A stretch of 64,000 nucleotides of DNA from a virus (taxonomy: Duplodnaviria > Caudoviricetes). The notes beneath the pieces are model-generated. The model searched no databases and had not been told where the DNA came from. It saw nothing but the letters and a program-made list of their open reading frames with translations. The stretch spans positions 1-64,000 of IMG/VR virus record IMGVR_UViG_3300011008_000034; one strand, written 5' to 3'. Both the position numbers and the translations under genes were made by a program. Below are positions 1 to 9,951 of this stretch, piece by piece. Position 1 is the stretch's first letter, and each line of letters opens with the position of its first letter.

Positions 1-313
1 ATAAAGTGTATAACTGTCTACATAATTGTTGATATGCTACTCCATCTACTAAATCTTCATTTCTATAAGGAGTCATTACTTTTACAAATTTATCTTTTGT
101 AAATCGTTTATTGTAAAAAAATAATTCCTCTAAAATAGTAGATGTAATAATTTCATTTTTTTTATATGTATATGATATACATATATTTTTGCTGATTAAA
201 TCAGATAAAATATTTTTTTGTTTACGAATATTTATAGCATAATTGATTAATAGTTTTTTGTGATTTTTATTTATCTTTTTAATAACAAACCATTTTGAAA
301 TACTATTACTCAT
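1..313 (-). CDS. hypothetical protein, runs off the left edge of the window
   Basis: ATG at 313 with GGAGGTG RBS; read by hand, the frame is open to position 1 (MSNSISKWFVIKK...). Confidence 0.6.
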   Translation of the reverse strand, partial: MSNSISKWFVIKKINKNHKKLLINYAINIRKQKNILSDLISKNICISYTYKKNEIITSTILEELFFYNKRFTKDKFVKVMTPYRNEDLVDGVAYQQLCRQLYTL

Positions 314-520
314 AGAAATCACCTCCTCTTTTTATATTATACCATATTGTTTAATTATTTTAAACATATTTTTATGTTTTTTATAAATATTCACTACTTG
401 TATGTATATTAAAATTTTAAAAAAACAATTGGTTTTTTATAAGGGTGTTTAACACATTTACTAAAAAAATAAAGTAGATAAATCAGTCATCCTTCTAAAA
501 TATTTTTGGAGGTGAAGGAT

Positions 521-1825
521 ATGAACGTTTATGAAGCATTTCAAGAACGTATGGCATATATTACACAAAACTTCGATATAATCTGCATATCATTTTCTGG
601 TGGTAAAGATTCCGGAGTTTTATTAAATTTAGTTATGAAATATATTGATGACCATCATCTTGATATAAAACCTTTGGTTATGCATCAAGATGTCGAAGCA
701 CAATATACTTTAACTACAGAATATGTAACTAGAACATATAAAAAACTAACAGAGGAGGGACGAATTAAACCCTATTGGTGTTGTCAACCAATTCGTTTAG
801 GTGTGGCTACAAGTGTTCATCAGTTTTCATGGTTTCCATGGAATAACAAAGAAAAGGATAAGTGGGTAAGACCATTACCTGATTTTCCCGTAAAAACCGA
901 AGAAAATTTTAATTTTCCTGGGTTTTACTTTGGTATGGATTATCATGACCATTTTAAAGCATTTGAAGAGTATATTTACAGTCAAAATCCTGGTAAAAAA
1001 ATGATTTGTTTATCAGGTATTCGTACACAAGAATCACTAAATCGTTATCGTGCTGTATATAATAAAGTACATATGCATAATGGAATTCCTTGGACTTGTT
1101 TAATCAATGAAGAGATTCCAGATTTAGTAGAAGCTTATCCAATTTTCGATTTTTCAGTCAATGATATTTGGGTATGTAATTACAAATTTGGATTTGACTA
1201 TAATAAGATTTATGACAAAATGCATTTAGCAGGAGCAACGCCATCACAAATGCGAGTCGCCTCTCCATTTCACGATGCTGCTCAAAAAACATTAGCATTA
1301 TTTCAAATCATTGAACCGAAAATTTGGGACAAGTTAATCAATCGTGTACAAGGCGCAGCCTTCACAGCAAGGTATGCAAATACTAAATTATTTGGCGAAA
1401 AATTAAAAAATCCACCAAACAATTTAAATTGGCGACAATTCACAAGATTTTTGTTAAGAACTTTGCCAGAAAAAACTAGAGACCATTATAAATCAAAATT
1501 TATGACATCTTTGTTATTCTGGCATAAAATTGGTGGAGCTGTTGATAATGAAACCATTAATTTATTAAAGGAAAAAGGCTATAATATCGAGGAAAATGGC
1601 ACCTCGGCGTTTTCCAGACAAGGCAAAACAAAAATCATCTTTAAAGGATTATTACCTGATAATACAGATGATATTCCGAATAAAGACGTTCCTTCATGGA
1701 AACGCATGTGCAAATGTATTTTGAAAAACGATATCGCTTGCCAAACCATGGGATTCGGATTAACAGCTGAACAAACAAAAATAATTAATGCTATTCGTGA
1801 TAGTCATAAAAAAGGTAAAATGTAA
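521..1825 (+). CDS. PAPS-reductase-family / DUF3440 protein (IbrA/YbdN-like)
   Basis: SFSGGKDS PP-loop, GIRTQESLNR, YPIFD, QMRVASPF, C-terminal PSWKRMCKCILKND..C..MGFG; start moved to ATG 521 after the GGAGG RBS. Confidence 0.85.
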   Translation: MNVYEAFQERMAYITQNFDIICISFSGGKDSGVLLNLVMKYIDDHHLDIKPLVMHQDVEAQYTLTTEYVTRTYKKLTEEGRIKPYWCCQPIRLGVATSVHQFSWFPWNNKEKDKWVRPLPDFPVKTEENFNFPGFYFGMDYHDHFKAFEEYIYSQNPGKKMICLSGIRTQESLNRYRAVYNKVHMHNGIPWTCLINEEIPDLVEAYPIFDFSVNDIWVCNYKFGFDYNKIYDKMHLAGATPSQMRVASPFHDAAQKTLALFQIIEPKIWDKLINRVQGAAFTARYANTKLFGEKLKNPPNNLNWRQFTRFLLRTLPEKTRDHYKSKFMTSLLFWHKIGGAVDNETINLLKEKGYNIEENGTSAFSRQGKTKIIFKGLLPDNTDDIPNKDVPSWKRMCKCILKNDIACQTMGFGLTAEQTKIINAIRDSHKKGKM

Positions 1826-2055
1826 AACTCTTCGAAGGCTTTTATGGTTATTAATCCAACGTTCGCTAATTTACATAATCGTTTATATTTTTATATAATG
1901 GTACCTTTAGGCGTGAAATGCTCCAAGCTTGAAGCTCTACAAAGATTTATGTGAATGTCATGGAGACTCATAAGGAATATGCTTTCAGTATCCTTGTGTG
2001 AGGAACTGTTTTGAAATTCAGTGATTTGCAATCATTTAAAAATTTCAATAAGGAG
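1826..2055 (+). ncRNA. putative omegaRNA of IscB copy 1
   Basis: non-coding leader of iscB; core 1901-2048 (GTACCTT..TCCAAGCT..GCTCTACA..CATGGA..AACTGTT..GAAATTCAGTG..AATCATT) is shared with the leader of the second iscB; ends are approximate. Confidence 0.65.
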
Positions 2056-2061
2056 TTTATT

Positions 2062-3582
2062 ATGAAAATAGTAGCTTATGTATTAGATAAAAATGGAAAA
2101 CCATTAATGCCCTGTCATAGTTATGGCAGAGTAAAAAAATGGTTAAAAAAGAAAGAGACTAAAATTGTTAAATATAAGCCTTTTACTATCCAATTTTTTA
2201 GAGAAACAACACATAATGTAGATAAATGTATATTAGGTATTGACCCTGGTCGTACTAACATTGGATTATGTGTTATTAATGAGAAAGGTGAAGAATTATT
2301 TAGCAGTAATGTTGTTACTAGAAACAAACAGATTCCTAATTTAATGGAAGAACGTTTAGGACATAGACAACTTAGAAGAAAATATAGAAGATTAAGAAGA
2401 AAAAGAAGATTTTTAAAATACAATCCTCAATTAAAAAACAATACTATTATTCGACGATTGCCTCATTATAGTGTTGATGTAGAATTTAAATTAATCAAAA
2501 ATAAACAATCGCGTTTTTGTAATCGCAAGCGTAAAGAAGGATGGCTTACTCCTACTGCTACTCAATTACTTCGTACACATGTAAATCTTGTGAAAAAGAT
2601 TCAGAAGTTTTTACCTATTAGTGAGATTACATTGGAATTAAATTCTTTTGATTTTGCTAAAATGGAAAATCCTAATATTAAAAATTGGGAATATCAAAAA
2701 GGTAAATTGTTTGGATTTAAAAATAAAAATGAATATGTTTCTCATCAACAAGATGGTCATTGCTTGTTTTGCAAACATAACATTGAATATTATCATCATG
2801 TAGTATGGTTATCCAAAGGTGGTAGTGATACTGTTGATAATATTGCAGGAGTTTGTTTAAAACATCATGATTTGATTCATAAAGAACAAAAATGGGATGA
2901 TAAATGTGTTCAAAAACATGGTGGATTATTGAAAAAATATGGAGCTTTATCTGTATTAAATCAGATTAAAAACCAACTTGTAGAACAGTTAAGTAATATA
3001 TTCCCTTTAAATTGTACTACTGGATTTGAAACATATCGAATTCGTAATGATTTAATTTTAAATAAAGACCATTATATTGATGCATGGTGTATTGCTGTTT
3101 CTTCATTAAAGCGATATAATGCACCTATTATTGAAAATAAATATGATATTAAACAATTTAGGCGTCATGATAGACAAATTGTTAATAAAAATTTAGATAG
3201 ATATTATAAGCAAAAAACAAAAACTATTTGTCAAAATAGACGCAAACAATTTGGTCAAAAAAATAATTCTTTAAAAGAATTTTTAGAAAAAAATCCTCAA
3301 TTTACAAATATGATAATAGATGTAAATAAAGTTCGTAAAAATAGTTCTTTTTATAGAATGGTTCATTCTAGTAATATGATTTTCATTTATAAAGGAAGTA
3401 AATCATTTGCTAATCGCCATCGTATTATGCCAGGAGTTGAATTTTTATATCAAGGAAAACGTTATATTGCTGACAAACAATCAAAAGGAAAATATTTTTA
3501 TTCAAATAATTTTGGAGAAAAAAGTATTCCAATTAAAGATTGTATTATTTTGAAGCGTAATGTTGGATTAGTTTTTGTCTAA
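2062..3582 (+). CDS. iscB: IscB RNA-guided endonuclease (IS200/IS605 OMEGA), copy 1
   Basis: PLMP motif, RuvC-I GIDPG, Arg-rich bridge helix, RuvC-II E, HNH (HHVV..SKGGSD...N...C..HH), RuvC-III DHYIDA; ATG 2062 after AAGGAG. Confidence 0.92.
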   Translation: MKIVAYVLDKNGKPLMPCHSYGRVKKWLKKKETKIVKYKPFTIQFFRETTHNVDKCILGIDPGRTNIGLCVINEKGEELFSSNVVTRNKQIPNLMEERLGHRQLRRKYRRLRRKRRFLKYNPQLKNNTIIRRLPHYSVDVEFKLIKNKQSRFCNRKRKEGWLTPTATQLLRTHVNLVKKIQKFLPISEITLELNSFDFAKMENPNIKNWEYQKGKLFGFKNKNEYVSHQQDGHCLFCKHNIEYYHHVVWLSKGGSDTVDNIAGVCLKHHDLIHKEQKWDDKCVQKHGGLLKKYGALSVLNQIKNQLVEQLSNIFPLNCTTGFETYRIRNDLILNKDHYIDAWCIAVSSLKRYNAPIIENKYDIKQFRRHDRQIVNKNLDRYYKQKTKTICQNRRKQFGQKNNSLKEFLEKNPQFTNMIIDVNKVRKNSSFYRMVHSSNMIFIYKGSKSFANRHRIMPGVEFLYQGKRYIADKQSKGKYFYSNNFGEKSIPIKDCIILKRNVGLVFV

Positions 3583-3593
3583 AGGAGTTTATC

Positions 3594-3884
3594 ATGAATA
3601 AGTCTGAAATGATTCAGTCAATAGATATTGAATTAGAAAATATTCAAAATGAAGTTTATCTTCGTATTAAACGTAAAATCATGGAGCGCATGTTAAAAAA
3701 CAAAATTCGTGATCATGATATTAATGAAATTCATATTGATATTTTTGATGAAAACATTTTTCTTTTATATACGGGAAGTTCAGAAAATATTGATTGGGTA
3801 AAAGATAGATTAATTGCTGATGGATTTGATATTGAATTAAAAGATTTTTTTACTTGTAAAGCTAAAATTGTTATTAAATGGTAA
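3594..3884 (+). CDS. hypothetical protein
   Basis: ORF with AAGGAG RBS, followed by a terminator. Confidence 0.7.
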   Translation: MNKSEMIQSIDIELENIQNEVYLRIKRKIMERMLKNKIRDHDINEIHIDIFDENIFLLYTGSSENIDWVKDRLIADGFDIELKDFFTCKAKIVIKW

Positions 3885-3885
3885 A

Positions 3886-3919
3886 AAAATAAAGTGGAGA
3901 TAAATCTCCACCTTATTTT
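3886..3919. terminator. bidirectional intrinsic terminator
   Basis: imperfect GTGGAGAT/ATCTCCAC hairpin between convergent genes. Confidence 0.65.
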
Positions 3920-3929
3920 ACAAATATGC

Positions 3930-4367
3930 TTATTTTACAATACGTAATCTATTTATTGATTTTGATCGAATTTTTGACCCATCAAAATATTTTAAAGCCC
4001 AGTTTTTAAATTCACCTTGAATTTGATAATAATCACTTTTCTCTTTACTATGACAAATAATAATATTAATTTGTTTTTTTGACATCATTTGAGATTTATC
4101 TATAAGAATATCTGTTTTATCTTGTATTTTATGAGAAAAATGAATATAATAATTAATTGTATTTTTATCAAAATATTTATCTACATCTATTAATCTTTTA
4201 GGTATGATTTTTGCTTTCTTTTTATTCATACTTTCAAAAAATCCCGAAAAATGTTTCATATGCATAAATCCGTCATTACTAACACACAAAATCAAATCTT
4301 TATCTGATAATTTATCTAATAATTTCTCAAGAGAAATTATTTTCAAAATTAACTTATCATTATACAT
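3930..4367 (-). CDS. module gene B, family B1 (unknown function)
   Basis: close paralog of 6615..7049, more distant paralog of 23109 and 42706; start set at ATG 4367 after AAGGAAGGAG. Confidence 0.8.
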   Translation of the reverse strand: MYNDKLILKIISLEKLLDKLSDKDLILCVSNDGFMHMKHFSGFFESMNKKKAKIIPKRLIDVDKYFDKNTINYYIHFSHKIQDKTDILIDKSQMMSKKQINIIICHSKEKSDYYQIQGEFKNWALKYFDGSKIRSKSINRLRIVK

Positions 4368-4372
4368 ATGAA

Positions 4373-4433
4373 ACAACTCCTTCCTTATTATGATTATATT
4401 ATACCACAAAAGGAAGGAATTGTAAATAGTTTT
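4373..4433 (-). promoter_or_regulatory. sigma-A-type promoter inside an RBS-sequestering inverted repeat
   Basis: AAAACTA-TTTACA(4426-4421)-17bp-TATAAT(4403-4398); arms 4410-4423 and 4373-4386 pair and cover the RBS. Confidence 0.8.
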
Positions 4434-4965
4434 ATTTAAGTTTATCTATATTAGTACGTTTGTTTTTTAATTCAACTTGATTTACAGCATATTTTTTCAT
4501 AGATTCTAAATCATCATATGCTCTATCTCCAGGAGAAAAAATATATTTATCTACTTTAATCCCTGCATCATTTATTATATTTGTACAAACACTATTTGCT
4601 TGGCAATTAAATTCTTTTGATTCTAGCATTCCGCCATCTTTATTTCCTTTTCTATCAAGTTTATAAAATGAAGCTAAAGTTACTACATCATCATAACCGT
4701 ATTTCCTAAATTCACAACATTCACATAAACCATATATGATATCAGTAACACCAAGAGGCGGTTCCTCATACATGTAAAAGTAGGTTTCATCTGTTTGAAT
4801 CCACCATTCCTGGTCTTCTGGATAAATTTTAGGGTCTTGACCAGATGGAGTATTGTCTTTTATTTCCTGAAGATGTTTTTTAGCATCATCCTCGGTAATA
4901 AAATAACGTTGATAATCTTTAATGGTTTTTAAATCTTTTAAATTTGCCTTTATTAATTTTGACAT
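4432..4965 (-). CDS. module gene A, family A1 (basic leader MSKLIKA)
   Basis: near-duplicate of 7112..7648; homologous to 23676 and 42031. Confidence 0.8.
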   Translation of the reverse strand: MSKLIKANLKDLKTIKDYQRYFITEDDAKKHLQEIKDNTPSGQDPKIYPEDQEWWIQTDETYFYMYEEPPLGVTDIIYGLCECCEFRKYGYDDVVTLASFYKLDRKGNKDGGMLESKEFNCQANSVCTNIINDAGIKVDKYIFSPGDRAYDDLESMKKYAVNQVELKNKRTNIDKLK

Positions 4966-5131
4966 ATTTTTCACTTCCTTAAATAATTTATATAAATAAA
5001 ATACAAATGCAAGGAAAAAATCTTACATTTGTATTAATAAATTATTTAGGAAATAAAACTTTATAAAAAAATAAATGAGATTATATATTACTATAATAGT
5101 ATCAATGAAAATTTTGAAAGGGGTTTTTATT

Positions 5132-5980
5132 ATGGAAGAATTAATGGTTGAATTTGAAGGATATTATTTATCTCCTCTAGGATTGGTTTTTGATATAGAG
5201 AAAAAAAATACTATTCCTCAGTATTTAAAAAATGATGAATTCTATGTAAAACTTAATGACAAAGAATATAAAGTAGATGAACTAATAGCTAAAAATTTAG
5301 TATTTAATCCAGAAAATCTTCCTTTATTAATCCATAAAAATGGTAATATCTTAGATAATCGTATTGCTAATTTACAATGGGTAAATAAAAATTATCAAAC
5401 AGAACAAGTCAAAAAAGAAGGAGACTTTGAATCTCCAGCTTATCATGTATTAAAAGTTCCTATCAATAAAATCATTTCAAACACATATAATCCTAATGCT
5501 GTTGGCGGACCAGAAACTCAACTGTTATATACATCAATTTTAGAAGATGGATATACAATGCCTATTGTTTGTTACTACAATAAAGAAGATGATATTTATG
5601 TTATAGTGGATGGATTCCATAGATATCAAACTATGATGAACCACAAGGACATCATGAAGCGTGAAGGTGGATATTTACCGGTTACTATAATTGACAAACC
5701 TTTAACTGACCGTATGGCTTCTACTATTAGACACAATAGAGCACGTGGTCAACATGATGTAACTTTAATGAGTAATATTGTAGCGACTATTCATAAACTT
5801 GGTCGAAGTGATGCTTGGATTAGCAAGCACATTGGGATGGATAAAGATGAGATTTTACGTTTGAAACAATTTAGTGGATTGGCTGAATTATTTAAAAATC
5901 AAGATTTTGATGAATGTGATTCGGCAATGCATAAGATTGTAATGAAAAACGGAAGAGCTCATGTAGTAAAGGATGAGTAA
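5132..5980 (+). CDS. ParB/Srx-like protein (IbrB/YbdM-like) with an N-terminal degenerate HNH-like segment
   Basis: NTYNPN, GYTMPIV, IVDGFHR, MASTIRHNRARG; N-terminal HKNGNILDNRIANLQWV; start uncertain (5075/5132). Confidence 0.85.
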   Translation: MEELMVEFEGYYLSPLGLVFDIEKKNTIPQYLKNDEFYVKLNDKEYKVDELIAKNLVFNPENLPLLIHKNGNILDNRIANLQWVNKNYQTEQVKKEGDFESPAYHVLKVPINKIISNTYNPNAVGGPETQLLYTSILEDGYTMPIVCYYNKEDDIYVIVDGFHRYQTMMNHKDIMKREGGYLPVTIIDKPLTDRMASTIRHNRARGQHDVTLMSNIVATIHKLGRSDAWISKHIGMDKDEILRLKQFSGLAELFKNQDFDECDSAMHKIVMKNGRAHVVKDE

Positions 5981-6169
5981 ATGTCAAACTATTTTAAATT
6001 TAATGCAAGCCAACCAAAAAAATTATATGGGAAAATGCAAATGAATGATACAGATTTGATTTTTTTAATTATAATTTATGATATCTTAGCAATGCATAAT
6101 TTAGATTATGTTTACAATTTAGATACGGAATTAATGAAAAGATACATAAATTTTTTTGGAGGGATTTAA
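5981..6169 (+). CDS. small hypothetical protein
   Basis: ORF abutting the upstream gene. Confidence 0.45.
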   Translation: MSNYFKFNASQPKKLYGKMQMNDTDLIFLIIIYDILAMHNLDYVYNLDTELMKRYINFFGGI

Positions 6170-6341
6170 GTTAATGAAGGAAAAAGAATGCTAACAATTA
6201 TGTCAATTTGTATATTCGTTCTTTTAACTGCGATTATGTTTTTTAAATAGGAATTACTTAAATAGTTATCTTGTTGTCTATTATTATGGAAAATAAAGAG
6301 GATTTATTCCTCTTTATTTTTAAATGAAAGGGTGATGGAAA

Positions 6342-6605
6342 ATGATTATACTTATATATTTAGTATTATTTTTTGTTATCATTGTTATGATGATTAATGA
6401 ATATGTATCACACTATCGCACAAAAACAGAATTAGAACAAATTCGTCACGAACTAAATGTAGAATATACAAAAAATCGTCATTTACAATTAAATGTAAAT
6501 CGTTATCAAAGAATTTGTGATGATAAGACAGAAACAATTAAAAAACTTTATCAAGAAAATCAAGATTTACAAGAAAAAATTTTCAATATAAAAAAGAGGA
6601 CATAA
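6342..6605 (+). CDS. membrane-anchored coiled-coil protein
   Basis: N-terminal hydrophobic helix, RBS present. Confidence 0.65.
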   Translation: MIILIYLVLFFVIIVMMINEYVSHYRTKTELEQIRHELNVEYTKNRHLQLNVNRYQRICDDKTETIKKLYQENQDLQEKIFNIKKRT

Positions 6606-6614
6606 TCCTCTTCT

Positions 6615-7049
6615 TTATTTTACGATATGTAATCTTTTTACTGTTTTTTCATGAATTTTTGACCCATCAAAATATTTCATTACCCATTTACTAAATTCCG
6701 ATTGAATTTGATGATAACTTGCATTATCTGAATAACAAATAACTATATTTATTTGTTTATTTGATATCATTTGAGATTTATCAATTATAATATCTGTTTG
6801 ATTTTGAATTTTATGGCTAATGTTAATATAATAATGAATTATACTTTTATCAAAAAATTTATTTGCATCAACAAATCGTTTGGGAATAATTTTTGCTTTC
6901 TTTTTATGTAAATTCTCAAATAATCCTGAAAAATTTTTCATATGTATATGATTATCATGTGTAATGCATAAAATCAAATCTTTATCAAATAATTTGTTTA
7001 AAAATTTTTCAAGTATATTTATTTTTGTCATAATAATATTATTATACAT
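6615..7049 (-). CDS. module gene B, family B1
   Basis: paralog of 3930..4367. Confidence 0.8.
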   Translation of the reverse strand: MYNNIIMTKINILEKFLNKLFDKDLILCITHDNHIHMKNFSGLFENLHKKKAKIIPKRFVDANKFFDKSIIHYYINISHKIQNQTDIIIDKSQMISNKQINIVICYSDNASYHQIQSEFSKWVMKYFDGSKIHEKTVKRLHIVK

Positions 7050-7054
7050 ATAAA

Positions 7055-7113
7055 ACAACTCCTTCCTCTATGATTATATTATACCATAGCAAGAAGGAAT
7101 TGTAAATAGTTTT
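7055..7113 (-). promoter_or_regulatory. sigma-A-type promoter inside an RBS-sequestering hairpin
   Basis: TTTACA(7106-7101)-17-TATAAT(7083-7078); arms pair with G-U on the minus strand. Confidence 0.8.
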
Positions 7114-7648
7114 ATTTAATTTTATCTATGCCTGTACGTTTATTTTTTAATTCAACTTCATTTGTTGCATATTCTTTCATTTCTTCCCATGTTTCATATG
7201 GAGAACCTTTCCCTGAAGAAAATATATATTTATCTACAGAAATTCCACCATCATTTTCTATGTTTTTGCAAACACTATTTAATTGACAATCAAATTCTTT
7301 TGATTCTAACATTCTACCATCTTTATTCCCTTTCCTATCAAGTTTATAGAATGATGCTAATGTTACTACATCATCATAACCGTATTTCCTAAATTCACAA
7401 CATTCACATAAACCATATATGATATCAATAACACCAAGAGGTGGTTCTTCATACATATAAAAATATGTTTCACCGGTTTGTACCCACCATTCTTGGTCTT
7501 CTGGATAAATTTTAGAGTCTTGTCCAGATGGAGTATTATTTTTTATTTCTTGAAAATGTTTTTTAGCATCTTCTTCAGTAACAAAATAACGTTGATAATC
7601 TTTAATCGTTTTTAAATCTTTTAAATTTGCTTTTATTAATTTTGACAT
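7112..7648 (-). CDS. module gene A, family A1
   Basis: paralog of 4432..4965; ATG 7648 after AAGGAGG. Confidence 0.8.
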   Translation of the reverse strand: MSKLIKANLKDLKTIKDYQRYFVTEEDAKKHFQEIKNNTPSGQDSKIYPEDQEWWVQTGETYFYMYEEPPLGVIDIIYGLCECCEFRKYGYDDVVTLASFYKLDRKGNKDGRMLESKEFDCQLNSVCKNIENDGGISVDKYIFSSGKGSPYETWEEMKEYATNEVELKNKRTGIDKIK

Positions 7649-7783
7649 ATTTTTCCTCCTTAACAAAATCGTTTATAATAAAATACAAGATGCTGATTAT
7701 TTTATTTGCATCTTGTATTAATGATAATTTTGTTAAGGAATTTATATAAAAAATATATGAAAAAAGAGGATTTATTTCTCTTT

Positions 7784-8074
7784 TTATTTTACATCAATAC
7801 TTTTTCTAATGCTTTGAGATAATTTATCAATTTTTCCAATATAAGACCTTAATGTATTTGTAAGTGCATAAAAATTAGCCTCAATATTAGGATTATTATA
7901 TTTTGTCATGGTACCAAAATAAGATTTTGGCAAATTATCCAATGTATCAGATTCTTCTAAAATTGCTTTTGAAGCAGCCCATAAATTTTTTACTTCTTCA
8001 TCAACTTTATCTAAGTGAGATAAATAATCTGTTTCATCAATTTCTACATCAGCTTTGCGTATTAATCTTTTCAT
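7784..8074 (-). CDS. hypothetical protein with MKRLIRKA leader
   Basis: ATG 8074 after GAGAGGG; the longer ORF-track start overlaps the upstream gene. Confidence 0.65.
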   Translation of the reverse strand: MKRLIRKADVEIDETDYLSHLDKVDEEVKNLWAASKAILEESDTLDNLPKSYFGTMTKYNNPNIEANFYALTNTLRSYIGKIDKLSQSIRKSIDVK

Positions 8075-8261
8075 CTTTTTCCCTCTCTTTTTTAGTAGAA
8101 GTAGTAGCAACGCCACCTATATATCCGAAAAATCCTGTCGCTAAAGACATCGATAATTCGTTCATACCATATACAATTGCCATAATTAAAGCAATACTCA
8201 AAGCAATTATAGCCAATGTATCAGTTACATCAATTTTATTAAATTGAAACATAGTGTTCAC
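8049..8261 (-). CDS. small two-TM membrane protein, possible holin
   Basis: two hydrophobic segments, charged C-terminal tail, AAGGAG RBS. Confidence 0.55.
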   Translation of the reverse strand: MNTMFQFNKIDVTDTLAIIALSIALIMAIVYGMNELSMSLATGFFGYIGGVATTSTKKEREKDEKINTQS

Positions 8262-8532
8262 TCCTTTTAAAACAAAATAAAAAAAGACTTTTTATTTATC
8301 TTCCTTTATGATTTTTTCAAATAAAAAGAGGAGATTTACTCCTCTTTATTAGTATGTAAAAATTATTTTATTTTTTCAAGTTCATGATGAAAAGTATATG
8401 ATTTTTCAGGAAGTACTATGTTATCATCAATAATAGGTAATTGTATTTTATCTACTTTCTCAACCAATTCTTTAAAATCATCCATAGACATTTTTTCAAA
8501 ATGATTTATAGTATTTTCCCACCATTCTTTTG

Positions 8533-9501
8533 TCATAATTTTTCTTCTCCTATAATGGGTGAAATTTTTCCAATAGTATGCCCAATTAAATATGTTGTAA
8601 TGTCATTATCCATTTTTCCACCTGCAGCAGCTGGATGTCCGCCACCATTAAAATATGTTTTCATAATTTGAGATAAATCAATATCTTTTGTAGTTCTTGC
8701 ATTAATTGTATTTGTATTTAAATTAATCATTATAGCAAAATCTACATCGTATTTATTACATATTGCATGTCCTAAAGTTGATAAATCTCCCGAAGCATAT
8801 GTAAATCCAATTTTATATTTTTCTGTTTGAATAATTTTAATATTTTCTAATGCTTTTTTCAGAGACACTTCTTTTTTATAAAATTCATATTCTAATATAT
8901 CACGTTCATAAGCATTAAAAATATTTAATTCATTAACATCTGATTTTTTCAATCTCTCTAAATAGGTTTGTACAAAATAGCTATGTCCTTTTGCATATAA
9001 TAATGTAGACAAATACTCAGGAATACGAGAATTTTGTTTTTTCCATTCCCAAGTATCATATAACCGAACCAATTCAACGAAAAAAGGACGTGGATTAATA
9101 TAACCTTTTCTTAATAAATATTCATACCATAATTCCGTTCCACATGTTGGCCTGTCATGTAATGTAGGAACAACAATAGCCCAAGAACAATTTTTAAATG
9201 GTTCTACTGCGGAAGCATGATGATCAAATAATTTTATTTGACTTTTTAATTTTGGCATTTCATGAGACTTTTTCATATCAAATGAACAATCGGTAATATA
9301 AATTAATTGATATTTTTTCCATTCTCCGGTAGTTTTTAAGTCAATTAATTTATTAGTAACTTCCTGAGGATTATTTACTAGACAAACTTCTATATCATTT
9401 CCAAAAGCCATTTTAGCCAAAATTTCGCAAGCCACGCCATCTAAATCGTTATGCGTAATTAATAAATAATTCACAAAACCTTTTCTTTTATACATTTTCA
9501 T
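8533..9501 (-). CDS. DHH-family phosphoesterase (NrnB/oligoribonuclease-like)
   Basis: THNDLDG, ITD, FDHH, GGGHPAAAG motifs. Confidence 0.9.
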   Translation of the reverse strand: MKMYKRKGFVNYLLITHNDLDGVACEILAKMAFGNDIEVCLVNNPQEVTNKLIDLKTTGEWKKYQLIYITDCSFDMKKSHEMPKLKSQIKLFDHHASAVEPFKNCSWAIVVPTLHDRPTCGTELWYEYLLRKGYINPRPFFVELVRLYDTWEWKKQNSRIPEYLSTLLYAKGHSYFVQTYLERLKKSDVNELNIFNAYERDILEYEFYKKEVSLKKALENIKIIQTEKYKIGFTYASGDLSTLGHAICNKYDVDFAIMINLNTNTINARTTKDIDLSQIMKTYFNGGGHPAAAGGKMDNDITTYLIGHTIGKISPIIGEEKL

Positions 9502-9507
9502 CTCTCC

Positions 9508-9951
9508 TTATTCACTAATTTTTACATCTTTTATGTTTGTATTAGGTACTGATATGATATAGTGAATGATATAATGAACTTCTTCAGGATGTTTATTATG
9601 AGGATAAGGAATAAATTCATGTCCCCAATATGCATGTTCATCCTGATGAATAATGATATTTTTTCTTAAAATTAATTCTGGATTTACATGATTTCCAGTT
9701 TTCTTATTAATAATGTAAAAAACATCATCGCCAACTTGTAATTGTTTGATATATACATTATCTTCAAAAGGGACTAATTCATTATCAATATGATAATCTT
9801 TATCATATACTTTTACAGAATTCTCGTAAAACCATGCAAGATATGATTTTTTATCTTGATAATCACGATAGTATATATATCCAACTGCAAACGCCAACAT
9901 TAACATTACGAATATCATAATGATTGTGTATAATTTTTGTATTTTTGTCAT
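9508..9951 (-). CDS. membrane-anchored hypothetical protein
   Basis: N-terminal TM helix. Confidence 0.7.
   Translation of the reverse strand: MTKIQKLYTIIMIFVMLMLAFAVGYIYYRDYQDKKSYLAWFYENSVKVYDKDYHIDNELVPFEDNVYIKQLQVGDDVFYIINKKTGNHVNPELILRKNIIIHQDEHAYWGHEFIPYPHNKHPEEVHYIIHYIISVPNTNIKDVKISE

Larger units (their letters stand above)
6615..7740 (-). repeat. ~1.1 kb direct duplication of 3930..5052 (whole A-B module with its regulatory hairpins)
   Basis: colinear nucleotide and protein similarity. Confidence 0.85.

Noticed and set aside
2062-3582. IscB ORFs as Cas9 or TnpB
   Set aside because: The PLMP N-terminus, ~500 aa size and HNH inside a split RuvC define IscB; there is no REC lobe or array
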